Shown piece by piece: positions 44,275 through 57,158 of a DNA stretch of 64,000 bases (positions are counted from its first letter, which is position 1; every line of letters begins with the position of its first letter). The translations under genes were made by a program, and so were the position numbers. Source of the DNA: Histomonas meleagridis 2922-C6/04-290x (taxonomy: Eukaryota; Protista; Parabasalia); NCBI GenBank assembly GCA_020184695.1, contig JAANOX010000256.1:62001-126000 (forward strand), read 5' to 3'. The notes beneath the pieces are model-generated. The model was given only the letters and a program-made list of their open reading frames with translations, was not told the origin of the DNA and made no database searches.

Positions 44275-45153
44275 TTATTCGATGTAAACAATATCTGCAT
44301 CAATTTGCCCATTATAATGTTCCATTGTATTCCATGCATTTAATGGGGTTAATGGAAAATGGAATTGTTTTTTTAGGCTTGAATGCAGCCATGCATTGTT
44401 ATATTCAGTGATGATTAAATCAATATATGGTATATCAAGAATTCTTCCTGCTGCACGGGCTTTTTCGAGAGTACTCCAGAATCTTTCGATCTTTCCATTC
44501 TCTTCTGGTGTGCGCGGATGAGTTCGAAAGCATTCTATTCCTTTCTCGTCAAGCACATGTTGGAACTCCTCACCAACAAACTCACCTCCATTATCGATTG
44601 TGATTGTTTTTGGCTTTTGCGATTTTCCCAAAGCATGAATAAGTGCAAGTGCAGATGCAATATATGTTTTATCATCTATCACTACTTCCCAATGCACAAC
44701 ATATCTAGAACAATCATCTATGAATGCAATCAGATAATATTGAAGATTATTGATTTTGCTCAAGTAATGGATGTCAGTGTGCCAGAGCTGACCAACATAC
44801 TTTGCATAAAATCTTTTTTGATGCATTTTTTCTTGTTTTTTTTTTCGAAAGCAATATAGATTATTTTTTGAAAAAATTCTTCTTACATTTCGCTCGATTG
44901 TTAATATACCTCTTGTAATTGCTGCTTGTGTTGTTCTATGAAAACCAACATGGATTAAATTTCTATAATTTATAACGAAATTTATTTCTTAATCTGAGAT
45001 TTGATTCGGTTTCCTTCCACGCTTCATTGCTCCTTCCATTTTTTGTGCTATCGCCTGAACTCTGAGTCTTCCAACATTGTGTCTTTTGGCGATATCACGC
45101 TGACTTAGATATTATATAATGTCAGCTTTGATCAGCTCATCAACATTGACCAT
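44275..45153 (-). pseudogene. IS481-family DDE transposase, inactivated
   Basis: WHTDIH, IDNGGEF, PEENGKIERFW; N-terminal HTH-like part has TAA at 45112 and 44989 and a frameshift in an A-run near 44840. Confidence 0.88.
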
Positions 45154-46467
45154 TGAGTTTATCATATATTTTAAATGACCAAAAGAGGATGTAAATTAAT
45201 GATTTACTTATTTATTATTCTGAATTTTATATGTATTTGTATACTTTACGTAAAAGTGCAAATAAAAGTGACATCAGAGGACGTTAATAGCAATAACGGC
45301 TTTTAAAAAAATATTTTGACACACTTGACTTTTTGAGATGATAAACTATTGAAAAAGTGGTGTAAATAAAAGTGAGACCATTTCGTACCACGACACAATG
45401 ATTGTCAAAACAATCTATTCAAATGTCATAATATTTAAATGGTTATAAAGAAAGATCTATATGTTTGAAATATGAATTTCTGTTATAATTACAGATAATA
45501 TGTCGCGTAATACTATCCAAACAAGTCTAACGTGTAGTAAAAAGAAATAATTAAATTATATACTTATCTCTGAATCATTGAATATTAAAACGTATAATTA
45601 TATTATGGATACACATTGACATATCATATTCATTACATTGTTGTAAATGCCATTAAATTTGGGCACAAATGAGAAAAAAGCTCAAGTGAAATGTATATTT
45701 AACGGTTTCTTTATTAAACGTTCTTTTTTCTCAAATCAATCATTCATAACTGAGGTTACATATGACTTTCTATAGTTAAAAGGTTTTGATTTTGATGACC
45801 CTTGTTTGGAATGAATAAAGTAATTGCTATTTAATTCTTTATACTTTATTTATAAATAATCTGAAAAAAAATTATATTTCGACAGTTGTTTTAATCATTC
45901 AAATTATTGGCATTTGATATTTTAATACAAAAATTTCTTGGCATAAAGATTCCTCAATTTGAGAGGAGACATTTTCATTCAAATTCTCTATGGGTTTTTT
46001 TACAACAAGAAATTAGTGTTTGTCCGATCAAGAATCAATCAAAATCTATCGGGAAAGACGATGCATTCAATTCCTTTCAAATATTGATCGTTCATCGTTT
46101 TTTTTAATCCAATAATATCTTTTGATATACTTATTCACTGGCATAAACTAATATATAAATTTTTTTTATTACTTGAACGATTGATGATAAATTTCTAAAA
46201 ATGACATAATATATTGGATTACACTCAGTTATGGAATGAATATCAAATTGCTGTCAATAAAAATTCAATTAAATATTATCAATACATAGTTTAGCCGATG
46301 ATCAATTAATTTTGATCGGCGTTCGAGTATCTTTTCCGTCTACAACTCTCTTATCTGTTGTGTGGCCACACGAGATATACTCTCAAATTTTATTCAAATT
46401 TGAATTGATATATCGGTTGTCGTTGGATCATAAAACCGTTAAGAATTGAAATTGTTCATTTTTCCAC

Positions 46468-48230
46468 ATGAGACCAAAGGAACATTGCGACTGGGAAATG
46501 CTTCTATCAATAAATCAATCAATTTTTAGTTTGAATGAAGAGAATTCCTCTAAATCTCTAGATTTAATAGTCAACAAATTTGATGAAATCCATCCTTTAT
46601 CTTATGATCTAATTATTATTCAAATGATATATTATATATTTGTAATCAAAAATAATAAAGTAAATTTATTTTTGAATATTATCAAAGAAATAAGAACATT
46701 TGAAGAGAATAATAAAATCAAATCGAATATATTTGATATATTAGGTCGATTTCTTTTAATCCGAATTTATTTAATTTTAACGAGAACATATTTGGATATT
46801 TAATTTCGCCAATTGAATAACTAATACATTGCAAAATAAAATCATTAAAATTGTTGACTATTTTGTAATGTCGGTAATAAAGAACGCATTAATGTTAACA
46901 AAGTATTTTCATTTTGACTAATTAATTCAGGTCAGATGAATCATCTTATCTTCTTGAATCGATGATTGAACATAATTTTCTTGAACCAAACATTGTAAAA
47001 AACAACCAGAGTTCTTATTTTGTACATTATATGTCTAAAGAAGAATTAGCAATCTATTTAAGGAAACATGATTTTGTAAATTATGAATAACTTTCAAAGA
47101 ATGATTGGGAACTACATAAGAAATATGTTAAAGAAGGACATAATCCAAATGAAATTGCGAAAATAATTCGAAATGATGAAATCGAAAAACTTCAAGAAAT
47201 ATCATCACAAACAAATTTTAATTTTAATCAAAGAATTGAATCATCACTTTATGAAATATGTTCATTTATTAATAAAGAAAATGTTTCATTAATTGATTAT
47301 GCAGCATTTTTTGGATCTATTAAATGTTTCAAATATTTACTTATGAATGGTGCAAAAGTAGAAAATACAGGTAAATACGCTGTTGCAGGTGGAAATATAG
47401 AAATAGTTCATTTATGTGAACAAAATCATTCATCATTTGAAGATGCATATGAAGCAGCAATTGAATTTCAACAAAATAATATCTTTAAATATTTTTATGA
47501 TAATAAATTAAAAGAAATTAATAGTTTAGAAGAATTAGGAGAGTTTTGTATTTTATATCATAATTATCAAATATTTTCGTTTTTACTTAAAGAAGGAATG
47601 AAAATCAATGATGATATTATTAATGAAGCAGCAAAAATTGGAAATATTTTTTTAGTTGAATATTTTCTTAAAGAGCATTCAATTCCGCATGATATATTGG
47701 TATTTTCAGCAGGATCAAGAAATATTGAACTTGTTGAATACGTTTTAAAACAAGAAGGAATTGATATTAATGCTAAAGATATTTATTCGTTTTATTTAAT
47801 ATTTATTTTAACAATTTTCTATTTCAAAATAATATTTGGAAATTATTTAAATAATTTAAAACAGCACTTATTAGAGCATCTGATAATGGACATACAGAAA
47901 TAGTTAAATTACTTCTTGAACAAGAAGGAATTGATATTAATGCTAAAAATATTTATTTGTTTTATTTAAAATTTATTTTAATAATTTTATATTTTAAAAT
48001 AATATTTGGAAATTATTTAAATTATTTAATACAGCACTTATTTTGACATCTGCAAAAGGTAATACAGAAATAGTTAAATTACTTCTTGAACAAGAAGGAA
48101 TTGATATTAATGCTAAAAATATTTATTTGTTTTATTTAAAATTTATTTTAATAATTTGATATTTCAAAATAATATTTGGAAATTATTTAAATTATTTGAA
48201 ACAGCACTTATTTATGCATCTTATGAAGGT
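46468..48230 (+). pseudogene. DUF3447/ankyrin gene, locus 3, with three 83-nt spacers, truncated at 48230
   Basis: Same core as loci 1 and 2; spacers at 47778-47860, 47948-48030, 48118-48200. Confidence 0.85.
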
Positions 48231-49123
48231 TATGATGATCATCATTTTGATTTTCATTATTTTCATTAATAATATAAAAATTAGAATAAAATGTGAAATA
48301 TTTATAACTGTATAATAACTGTATAATTATAATATATAAATGTTCTTGAAATATATATAAATGTTGAATTGATATTCGTAATAATAAATGAATTAAAGTA
48401 TGAAACATAAATACTTAATGTTTGTGTAAATGATAAAATATATGTTAAAATAAATGAATGTGTGAGACTTATAATGCTGAAAATGTATTTGAATTAGTAG
48501 ATATATTTGTGAATATACTTGATTGTGTAAATATATTTATGAATGTATTTGATTGTGCAAATATATTTGATCTCGTAAATGTGTTTGTGAATGTATTTAA
48601 ATTAGTAAATGAATTTGATTTCGAAAATGTATTTGATTGTGTAAACATATCTGAATTTGTAAATACCCTCGAATTAGAAAATGAATTTGATTTAGAAAGT
48701 ATTTGATTGTGTAAATGTAAGTGTTGGAGGAAGACATTCGTCAATTGTTCCTTTCGTTGTCTTTAATTCTCCAAATCCTTCACTTATATATGTTTCATTT
48801 ACCATAACGTATTTTGTTGGAACATATTGAAAACAAACACTTCCAATTGCTGGTGAAGTTTCGCTATAAAAATAAATACATTTCAGTGACACACAATACG
48901 CAAATGCTTGATTTCCAATATTTTCAACACTTTTACCAATGATAATCGTTTCTAATTCATAACAGAATGAAAAAGCACTTGATTGAATCTCTATAACAGT
49001 ATTTGGAATTATGAAATTCGTAAATGTACAACTTGAGAATGCAGAACTTTTTATCGTAATTAATCTTTTCCCAATGTAAAATATTGTATCAATGTCATTA
49101 GTTTTATCCATATAAATTATCAT
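48231..49123 (-). pseudogene. BspA-like LRR surface protein, frameshifted and truncated
   Basis: TpLRR (IKSSAFSSC, IGNQAFAYC), SNTF stalk and decayed TM region in different frames. Confidence 0.82.
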
Positions 49124-49172
49124 CTCATTATAAAGTTTTTTCTAACAAAGTGACAGCTAAAAATTTTCAAAT

Positions 49173-49751
49173 TTGAAAGGAAACTTATTTTTATTTTTCC
49201 ATTTATGGTGTTATATCACATTAATGTTTGTAATTTTGCTTTGTTCAATAACGCTATGTACAAACATTGAAGATAACAATTCTCAAAAAAATGGTATGAA
49301 AAAAGCACGTCGTAGGAGAATACATAAAAAAAATCCAATTGAAAACATCCTTTTAAAAGATGCAGTTCTAACAAATTCATTTGATTTCACAAAATTAACA
49401 AATTTTTCAAATAAGTCGATTTGGAAAGATGATATACTATTTCTCTTTGGTGATGCAAACTTGGTAAATGATACAGTATACTATATTGTAAAAATATATA
49501 ATAGCAAAGATGAATTAAATGATTTAAGCTTATCGACAATTAATCCATTTAAGTTAAGTTATAAAGTTATATACTTTGGAAAATTTGATCAGAATTATCT
49601 TAAAGCTGTTTCGGACCTATATTTAGAAAATTGGGATGATAAATCAAAAAATGGGAAACTACCACAAAATAAAGAGAATACGCATTCAGAAGAATCTAAA
49701 GTTTTTTCAAAAAAAAGATTATTGAAATCCTTTTTCAAATTGATGGAATAG
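49173..49751 (+). CDS. Hypothetical protein with N-terminal hydrophobic segment
   Basis: 192-aa ORF; ATG probably at ITLMFVILLCS. Confidence 0.5.
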   Translation: MKGNLFLFFHLWCYITLMFVILLCSITLCTNIEDNNSQKNGMKKARRRRIHKKNPIENILLKDAVLTNSFDFTKLTNFSNKSIWKDDILFLFGDANLVNDTVYYIVKIYNSKDELNDLSLSTINPFKLSYKVIYFGKFDQNYLKAVSDLYLENWDDKSKNGKLPQNKENTHSEESKVFSKKRLLKSFFKLME

Positions 49752-50117
49752 TAAAAGAAAAAATGAATTTCATTTTTTTTAAATAATATTACAACAAACC
49801 CAATTTATAAAACCAATCATTATGCATAATAATTATAATGAAATATTTCAAGGCACTCGTTTTTACCATGATAACGTATAAAAGTTAAACTTATCTCTCT
49901 AAACGATGTATGGAATTACATGATGGATGTTTAATAAGTAAATTACCTCATTTATCATTATAATTGTAAGTTGTTATCTCCAATTTTAATGTTTCGATAA
50001 AATAAATTATATCAATTTATGATATCAGATCAATCAGATTTAAACCAAACTTTCTTAAAATGAAAAATCATTTTCTAAAAACAAAAACATTACAACAAAA
50101 AAGTAATCCATTGTCGT

Positions 50118-50636
50118 TTAGACCAAAATCTTAAGGAATTCTTCGGCGCATTTACGAGCCCTCTTGTTGAGTGTAACCTTCATGTCAGATATTTCCTTAT
50201 CAACATCCTGAAGGAATGTAATGATAAAATCAATCAACTTAGCCAAAATCATTTGCTCTGTGTGGATGTTAGTGATCAAAAATGAGATATCATATCCTTC
50301 AATTGGTTTACGACGAAGAATACGGAACTGATCAGCACGTTGACAAAGGAATCTCATGAACATCTTGGTTAAAAGTGTATCAACGTCATCAAGTTGCTTG
50401 ATTTTGACAGAAATCCTTACACTGTTAATTGATGTCTCAATGTATACGCATTCGATTTCAGATCGAGAAATCATTATTGGATGTCCAATAACTTCACGAG
50501 ATGTTTTTGTTTGTGTTTCAATTTCAGGCTTGTTGTGGCGTTCTACATCTTGTGATGCAAAGTTCCTAAGACATAGAGCTGATTGAAGAGAACGACGGAT
50601 TGCGTTTAAATAGGGTTGTAGGGGACTTTGTGCCAT
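50118..50636 (-). CDS. ARPC4: Arp2/3 complex subunit 4
   Basis: [36 protein letters not shown]. Confidence 0.96.
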   Translation of the reverse strand: MAQSPLQPYLNAIRRSLQSALCLRNFASQDVERHNKPEIETQTKTSREVIGHPIMISRSEIECVYIETSINSVRISVKIKQLDDVDTLLTKMFMRFLCQRADQFRILRRKPIEGYDISFLITNIHTEQMILAKLIDFIITFLQDVDKEISDMKVTLNKRARKCAEEFLKILV

Positions 50637-51079
50637 TGTGGACAATCTGCAATTGCAAAACAGACCTTCTCAATTCCCATTTTAGATAAACAATTGAAAT
50701 TTATTTAAAAAAGCGGATTTTTTCGATGAAAATGCATTCAACCACTTGACTTTTTCATGGATTACTTAAAAAGTGTCAATTGAAATAAAAAAGTGAAATA
50801 AATTTATGGAACTTTACAGTGGGAAAATGGTTATAAATTATGTGAGTTCATCGAAACTAATGTTGATTTTTAAAAATGTATCAAGCTCAACCATGAGATT
50901 TTCTTATCAAGATTTCTATTATCGAATAACAAATGATACATGCTTGTATGTTTAACAAAGCATTTTACTTTAGGGGAATATCTTTTTATATATATATATA
51001 TATATAATGAAAATATGTAAACATTTTTATTATCTCTTTTTAATCGCTTTGAACAATAAAACCTACAAATACAATATTC

Positions 51080-52265
51080 TCACAATGGATTCTTTAGAAA
51101 AAAAATAATAAGTTTGTTGAGTATCAATGCCAAGACATAAAATTATTGAATGAACTTTATAAAATAATTTTTGATATATCTGAAATTAATGTTGATTTTG
51201 CAGCTCAGCAAACAATTAAATTAAATAATAAAAAAATTCCAGATTGATTTAATTTTATAATATGCAATTTAGTTAATTATCCATTTTACTCACAAATGAA
51301 CATAAATTCATGTAATACTTATTTAAAATATTTGTAACTATTACAAGAAAAAGAAGAAGAAATAAATAAAGACAATATAAAAATATTTCAAATTTTTAAC
51401 AATTATATCATTCAAAATAGTAGACAAGAAACATATTATCTAATAGAGAAAATGATGCAAAAAAAAGTTTAAAATAGAAATGATTTTTTTAATGGTTATT
51501 ATAATGATTCTTTATATTAAAATTCAGAATATTCTGAGAACTATAAAGTTTTATCAAAAAAATGATTGGGCACTTCGCAAACAATTAATCAAAGAAGGAC
51601 ATAATCCAAATGAAAATAATCCGAAATGATGAAATAGGAAAACTTCAAGAAATGTTATAACATTCAAACTTTGATTTTAATCAAGCAATTGAGCCATCGC
51701 TTTATGAAAGATGTTCAACATTAATCAAAAATAAATGTTACATTAATTGATTATGCAGCATTTTTTGGATCTGTTAAATATTTACTTATGAATGGTACAA
51801 ATATAAAAAACACAGGAAAATATGCAGTTGCAAGTGGAAATGAAGAAATCATTCATTTATGTGAACAAAATCATTCATCATTTGAAGATGCATATAAAAC
51901 AGTAATTCAATTTCACCAAAATGATATTCAAATATCTTTACGAAAACAAAATTGAAAATCAGAATTTAAAACAAAAATATTAAAGATATTTAATTTCTTT
52001 ATTGTATATTAATTTCAATGTTTTGAAATTTAAATATAATATATGGAAATGATATAAATTTTTTAAAACATCTCTTATTCATGCATCCGAAAAAGGTCAT
52101 AAAGAAATTGTTCAATTACTTCTTAATCAAAATAAAATTGAAATAAATACTCAAGATAATTTTTGATGTTTATATCAATGATTTAATAATTCAAAGTAAT
52201 TTTTGGAATTTTACTAAATTATTTGATACAGCACTTATTTAAGCTTCTAAAAATGATAATGATGA
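51080..52265 (+). pseudogene. DUF3447/ankyrin gene, locus 4, heavily decayed; spacers of 83 and 73 nt
   Basis: EPSLYERC, LIDYAAFFGSV, GKYAVA, LCEQNHSSFEDA, TSLIHASEKGHKEIVQLLL remnants. Confidence 0.8.
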
Positions 52266-53188
52266 AATAGGTAAATAAACATGAAGTTGACTTACCTAAA
52301 AATGATATCATATGTTTGTTATCTTTGGTGTATCATTAATGATTTTTATTGTTTAATTCTATAAAATAAAATCACAAAAAAATCTATTATTCGAGTTGAA
52401 TCAAAGAAATTCACAATATTTCCTATTATTATAGCTTTATGGATAGTATTCCTTGCATATACTTTATTCGTAAATTTATTTAGGTAAATTTTTTTTCTTA
52501 AATGTTTAAATAAAGTGGAAAATTTTTATCATTTTTATTATATGATTTTCTTCTATATTTTGCCTTTAATTGTAAAATGTTTTTGCAAGGAACTTGGGCA
52601 TTTCTTTCATGTGACTTTTATGATATGCGAACTGATTTTTAACATTGAACTTCAAACATATCGTATCTACATGAATTTACCTAAAATCTGATGGTAAACT
52701 CATACAAGCATCCTTAAAACAGAACAAATTCCCTTCTTTCATTGCAAGTTTTAACATTTCCTTTTGATTAGAATAACAATGTTACCAATTATTAATCATT
52801 TAACACACATTGTCAGAATAATTTATTCGTTATTGTTTGGCATTACTTATTCCTTTACAACGTGATTATATTTGAGGTTATGTGGCATTTGTAAAAATAT
52901 AATCTCCTCAATTCGAGCGGTTAAGTTGCTTCATGTCATCTTATAGCTTTTTGATAATTTTAATTTATCCAAAATCAAAATTATAATATCACAATCAATA
53001 AGAATTTTCAGTAAATTTAATTTTGTTTTTATTTCTAATTTTAATGTTTTTATATTTGTATTATGTTAAAAATATCGAACATCTATTATTAATAAGATAA
53101 ATATATTTTGATTTTGGAGATTTTGTGTTTGCCCTGCTACTGTAGCCCATTCAATTTTCTGAGGGTGCAAAATCAAATATTAATTCGA

Positions 53189-54235
53189 ATGATCCTTTCT
53201 TCAGCTTCTTTAGGCAACTATGCAATCTATTCCACTATAGAATGCTCAGACACAAGTAGTGTTCTTGCTGTGAGAGACAGTAATGGAAATTCTTACGCTG
53301 CAAGATGTACTCCTCATAATTATAAGATTAGAACTTTTAATTTCGAGGTGAAATTGCTCCAGCAAATCAAAGGAAAGTGTAAGTATGTACCAAAGGTTAT
53401 AGATTATGGTACTAATGGTGAATGTAACTATATCATCATGAAACTTTTCGGTCCTTCTCTTTCTTTCATCTCTTCTGAGCTTGGGTTAGGTAAGTTTGGA
53501 ACATCTACTACACTTAGAGTAGGCTTTCATCTTCTTCAAGCAATTCAACAACTTCATCAACTCGGAATAATTCATAGAGACATCAAACCATCAAGAATCG
53601 TTATTACAAAGAACCACGAAACTCCAATTAAGATCACAAACTTCGGACTTTCAAGAATATATCTTGCAAAAGACGGTTCAGTCCTTCCAGAAAGAAGCAA
53701 TCCTGGCTTTAGAGGAACAGCTAAATATGCTTCTATCAATGCACTCCAAGGAAAAGAACTTTCTAGGAAAGATGATTTAGAATCATGGTTTTATGTTTTA
53801 ACAGAACTTTTAATTGGTGAACTTCCATGGAGTAACGTTCAAAAGAACAAAGAGATTCTTGATGCAAAGTGCAGAGTTAACTTCTCAGAGATTTATTCAA
53901 ACACATTCCCAGAACTCATCGAAATATGGAACATGATTCAATCAATGGACTATTATTCAGTTCCAAACTATAACAAAATCGCAGATATCCTTGAAACAGT
54001 GATGACAAATAATAATGTTGATTGGAATGATTTGTATGATTGGGAATCACATGGAATACAGTTCGGTTCATCATATACAGATTCAAAGAAAGAAACAGCT
54101 CCGCTCACAAACCTGAGCGTCCCACAAACGAATTCGTTCCTCAACAAGCTTCACTTCATCAAGCTTCTTTGGGAAGATAAACCAAACAAAAATTATTCAA
54201 TGGTCAGAGACGATGAAAACGTTCAACTCCTTTAA
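53189..54235 (+). CDS. CK1/TTBK-family kinase, probable pseudokinase
   Basis: MKLFGPSL, HRDIKP, GFRGTAKYASINA, SRKDDLESWFY; VAIK is YAAR and DFG is NFG. Confidence 0.85.
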   Translation: MILSSASLGNYAIYSTIECSDTSSVLAVRDSNGNSYAARCTPHNYKIRTFNFEVKLLQQIKGKCKYVPKVIDYGTNGECNYIIMKLFGPSLSFISSELGLGKFGTSTTLRVGFHLLQAIQQLHQLGIIHRDIKPSRIVITKNHETPIKITNFGLSRIYLAKDGSVLPERSNPGFRGTAKYASINALQGKELSRKDDLESWFYVLTELLIGELPWSNVQKNKEILDAKCRVNFSEIYSNTFPELIEIWNMIQSMDYYSVPNYNKIADILETVMTNNNVDWNDLYDWESHGIQFGSSYTDSKKETAPLTNLSVPQTNSFLNKLHFIKLLWEDKPNKNYSMVRDDENVQLL

Positions 54236-54717
54236 TTTTTTTTGTAAACAATTCAAATAAAAATTTTCTTTTTGTAAATAATTCAAATTTATTTAACCCC
54301 TCTTCGAGGTGGATGAAGCGCTTAAACGCTTTATGTAACGCATCTTCTGTTTGTCTGATACTTAATTTTGTTGCTGTGGAAGCTGCACGTTGATGCGCAT
54401 GTGATAAAAAATTGTTTTGTTAAATTAGTTTTAAGAAATATATTTGAGTTTTTTTTATAGATTTGTGCAATTTCGTAACGTCCCTTGATCAAGGTTGAAG
54501 GCGATTTATCAGGTAAAATAGACATTAGCAAAAGAACAAGGAAAAGTCATCTTTTGGACTGAAATTACACAAAAACTTTCAGAAAAGTTCGTTTTTAAAG
54601 AAACCGTCCCTTAAATAACTTTTTCAATATTTTGACATTTCAAAAATTCAATTCATCGAATGTAAACTTCTTAATTTTGAACTGCACTAACAAAATTTCA
54701 TCCCAATTACAAATAAA

Positions 54718-55068
54718 ATGTTTGATGTTTCTGCAAATCTTGGGAATGTTTTTGACTTTGGTGATGAGGGATTCATGCTAGAGTTGTTCCTTGAACAAAA
54801 TTCATGCTGTATTCGTTCTTTAACAAATGATAATATTCCATATTTTCAAATCGAAAAAGAGTATGATGACAAATTAATAGAAACCCTGAAATCAATAGAG
54901 GAACATGATATTGATGACCAACTTGCGCAAATGTTTTTCGGTGTTGATGAAAGACAATTAGAACATGGCATTCAATGCCACATCACGGACAGTAGGAAGA
55001 AGGACACAGAAGAAAGGTACCTAACGTTAACACGAAAGAATAAGTTGAGCGCTCAACTTAATGAGTAA
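54718..55068 (+). CDS. Hypothetical acidic protein
   Basis: 116-aa ATG ORF with coding-like composition. Confidence 0.55.
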   Translation: MFDVSANLGNVFDFGDEGFMLELFLEQNSCCIRSLTNDNIPYFQIEKEYDDKLIETLKSIEEHDIDDQLAQMFFGVDERQLEHGIQCHITDSRKKDTEERYLTLTRKNKLSAQLNE

Positions 55069-55739
55069 TGAGTAATTTTAATGAGAATTTTAATAATTGA
55101 ATCATGGATCTATATTTCTCCCAAACATTATGTAAAAATCATCATGCACAACATTGTTTGGTTCTTTTTGTACAAAAACCCTATTTGGGTTCACTTGTTG
55201 AGCTGAAGGAAAAAGTAAAAAATGTAATTGTGTGAAATTTGATCGTTTTAATCGTTTCGTCACAATTAAGTGAAATTTGATCGTTCTAATACATTGCAAA
55301 TTAACAGCTTCTTAGTCATTATTTGAAAAAATGAAATTTGACTTAATGATTGTTGAATACAACCATCATTATAATTTACGAACAAAAATACAAAATTGGG
55401 TTTCAAGTTTTATAATATGATAATAAATTATTTCAATTTGCAATTTCCATGTGAAGAATTGAAGCATATGCATGAATTATGTTTATACTCTCTACAGTGT
55501 TCGAACTTACCCAGGGGTACCTAACTATTTTTGTGAAACACAAAATAAATATATTATTTGTTGTACAACAATTCGGTTATAAAAGGTTATTCAGTAAGAT
55601 ATTTGTGTAGGAAAACGGTAAGTTGAAAGTTTAAGCTCGGAAAGTATAGCTGTAAGACCGACAACAAAGATATATTTCCACATTCGAAACGGTTATCGAT
55701 TTAAATCGATTCCGGTGTATGTTGTAAAAATGGCAAAAT

Positions 55740-56702
55740 ATGTCTCTGAAACAAAAAATTTTGGCAAAACATTGTAAACCAAAAATTTTTATGCATAGAC
55801 AAAATCGAATCACCAACTTTTCGATCGATCTTCTGAAACGTGTCCTCACCATGTGCAAAGATGGTTATTATTTTATTGGAAAAATTAAGCCAGAACAATG
55901 TCTTCAATCACGCACAAAATCTTCAAAATATAAGCCTGTTTATTATATATTCGAAGAAAGAAATGCGCTCTTTATTATTATACGTGGTTCCCAATCAATA
56001 AGTGATGCATATACAGATCTTGATATTGACGAATTTACAAATCTTCAAGGTCATTCATTTCATTCAGGTTTCTATCGCGCTGCTTATGATATTTTTGAGG
56101 AATCTTATGACATAGTATCAACACATGATCTTATCTATGTTTCTGGGCATTCACTTGGCGGATCTGTGGCAACAGTTCTTCATTATTTTCTTTGCACTAC
56201 ATTCCCAAATAAAGACATTAACACCATTGCATATGATCCAGCTCCTTCTGTTGCTGACAATGTATTTGATGATCATATGCAATCAAAACTTGCCACAATT
56301 ATATACCGTCATGAAATAGTTTCTTCTCTTTCATGCTCAAATGTTCATTCTCGCATTAAATGGGCGGATCCTATATTATCTCGTCTCAATCCGAATATGA
56401 TATACTCAGTTACTCGATTCTGCACAGGTTGGATACCAATTGGAAGATCGCTCTTTGATACCATAGAAAACGCTTCTCATACCATATCATCAGCACTGAG
56501 AGATGAGGCAAATGGTCAATCGAGATCTGTTAAACATGTACAAGGATGCATTTATAGGATAACCGGAGAGCAGCAGAGGACATTGGAAGAACTACGAATA
56601 GATCCGAAAACTCTGAAATGGAATTTTTGGAATCCGATTGCATATCTTGATCATCTTCCCTATACTGGTGAATATATCCTAGATGGTATTGAAGAAGATT
56701 AA
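55740..56702 (+). CDS. Class 3 lipase
   Basis: IRGSQSISDAYTD, HSGFYRAA, SGHSLGGS nucleophile elbow. Confidence 0.9.
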   Translation: MSLKQKILAKHCKPKIFMHRQNRITNFSIDLLKRVLTMCKDGYYFIGKIKPEQCLQSRTKSSKYKPVYYIFEERNALFIIIRGSQSISDAYTDLDIDEFTNLQGHSFHSGFYRAAYDIFEESYDIVSTHDLIYVSGHSLGGSVATVLHYFLCTTFPNKDINTIAYDPAPSVADNVFDDHMQSKLATIIYRHEIVSSLSCSNVHSRIKWADPILSRLNPNMIYSVTRFCTGWIPIGRSLFDTIENASHTISSALRDEANGQSRSVKHVQGCIYRITGEQQRTLEELRIDPKTLKWNFWNPIAYLDHLPYTGEYILDGIEED

Positions 56703-57158
56703 TTTTTATTATTATTATTTTTATTAAATATTGAATTAATCTTTCGAAATTTGTACAAATTTTTTTATTTTGTTAAAATGTTTGTTGCAACAAACGAATT
56801 GTTATGTATAATTGTAGGAAACTAAAAGCAAATGGTTCTCAGATTGTGCATAACAATCAAACAGAAGTTTCACAGTTTTGTTGGGGCGCGGAATTTTCTG
56901 AAGTTTACATGCATTGTTGTATTGAAATTAAATTTTTAGCTGCTTTTGATTGAATAGCGTTTTATTTCAAAAGTTGGAAACTTCACAAAACTACAAATTG
57001 AATACTGTTAAAGTAGTTGTTTGTTGAAGTAAAAATTTTTCAAGTTATGTCCAATAAAACTTGTTTAAGATGTGATTTTGTATATTAAGACATTACATAA
57101 ACGTAAGTGGATTGGTTTGGAAGTGAAAGAAAAATAATGTAAAATCGTCATCCTTTAT

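Larger units (their letters stand above)
43707..45395 (-). mobile_element. IS481-like DNA transposon (IS481EU-type), 1689 bp, 44-bp TIRs, 16-bp TSD
   Basis: TIRs 43707-43750 and 45352-45395 (TGT...ACA ends, 3 mismatches); TSD CAATGATTGTCAAAAC at 43691-43706 and 45396-45411; rve-type DDE transposase inside. Confidence 0.93.

Noticed and set aside
18811-45114. Reassigned TAA (Gln) genetic code explaining in-frame TAA stops
   Set aside because: Conserved genes here (VPS26, ARPC4, RPL27A, BRF1) end in TAA, and the disrupted genes also carry frameshifts.
55495-55660. TACAGTG start as a second mariner MITE
   Set aside because: Only an 8-bp partial inverted match downstream; no proper right TIR.
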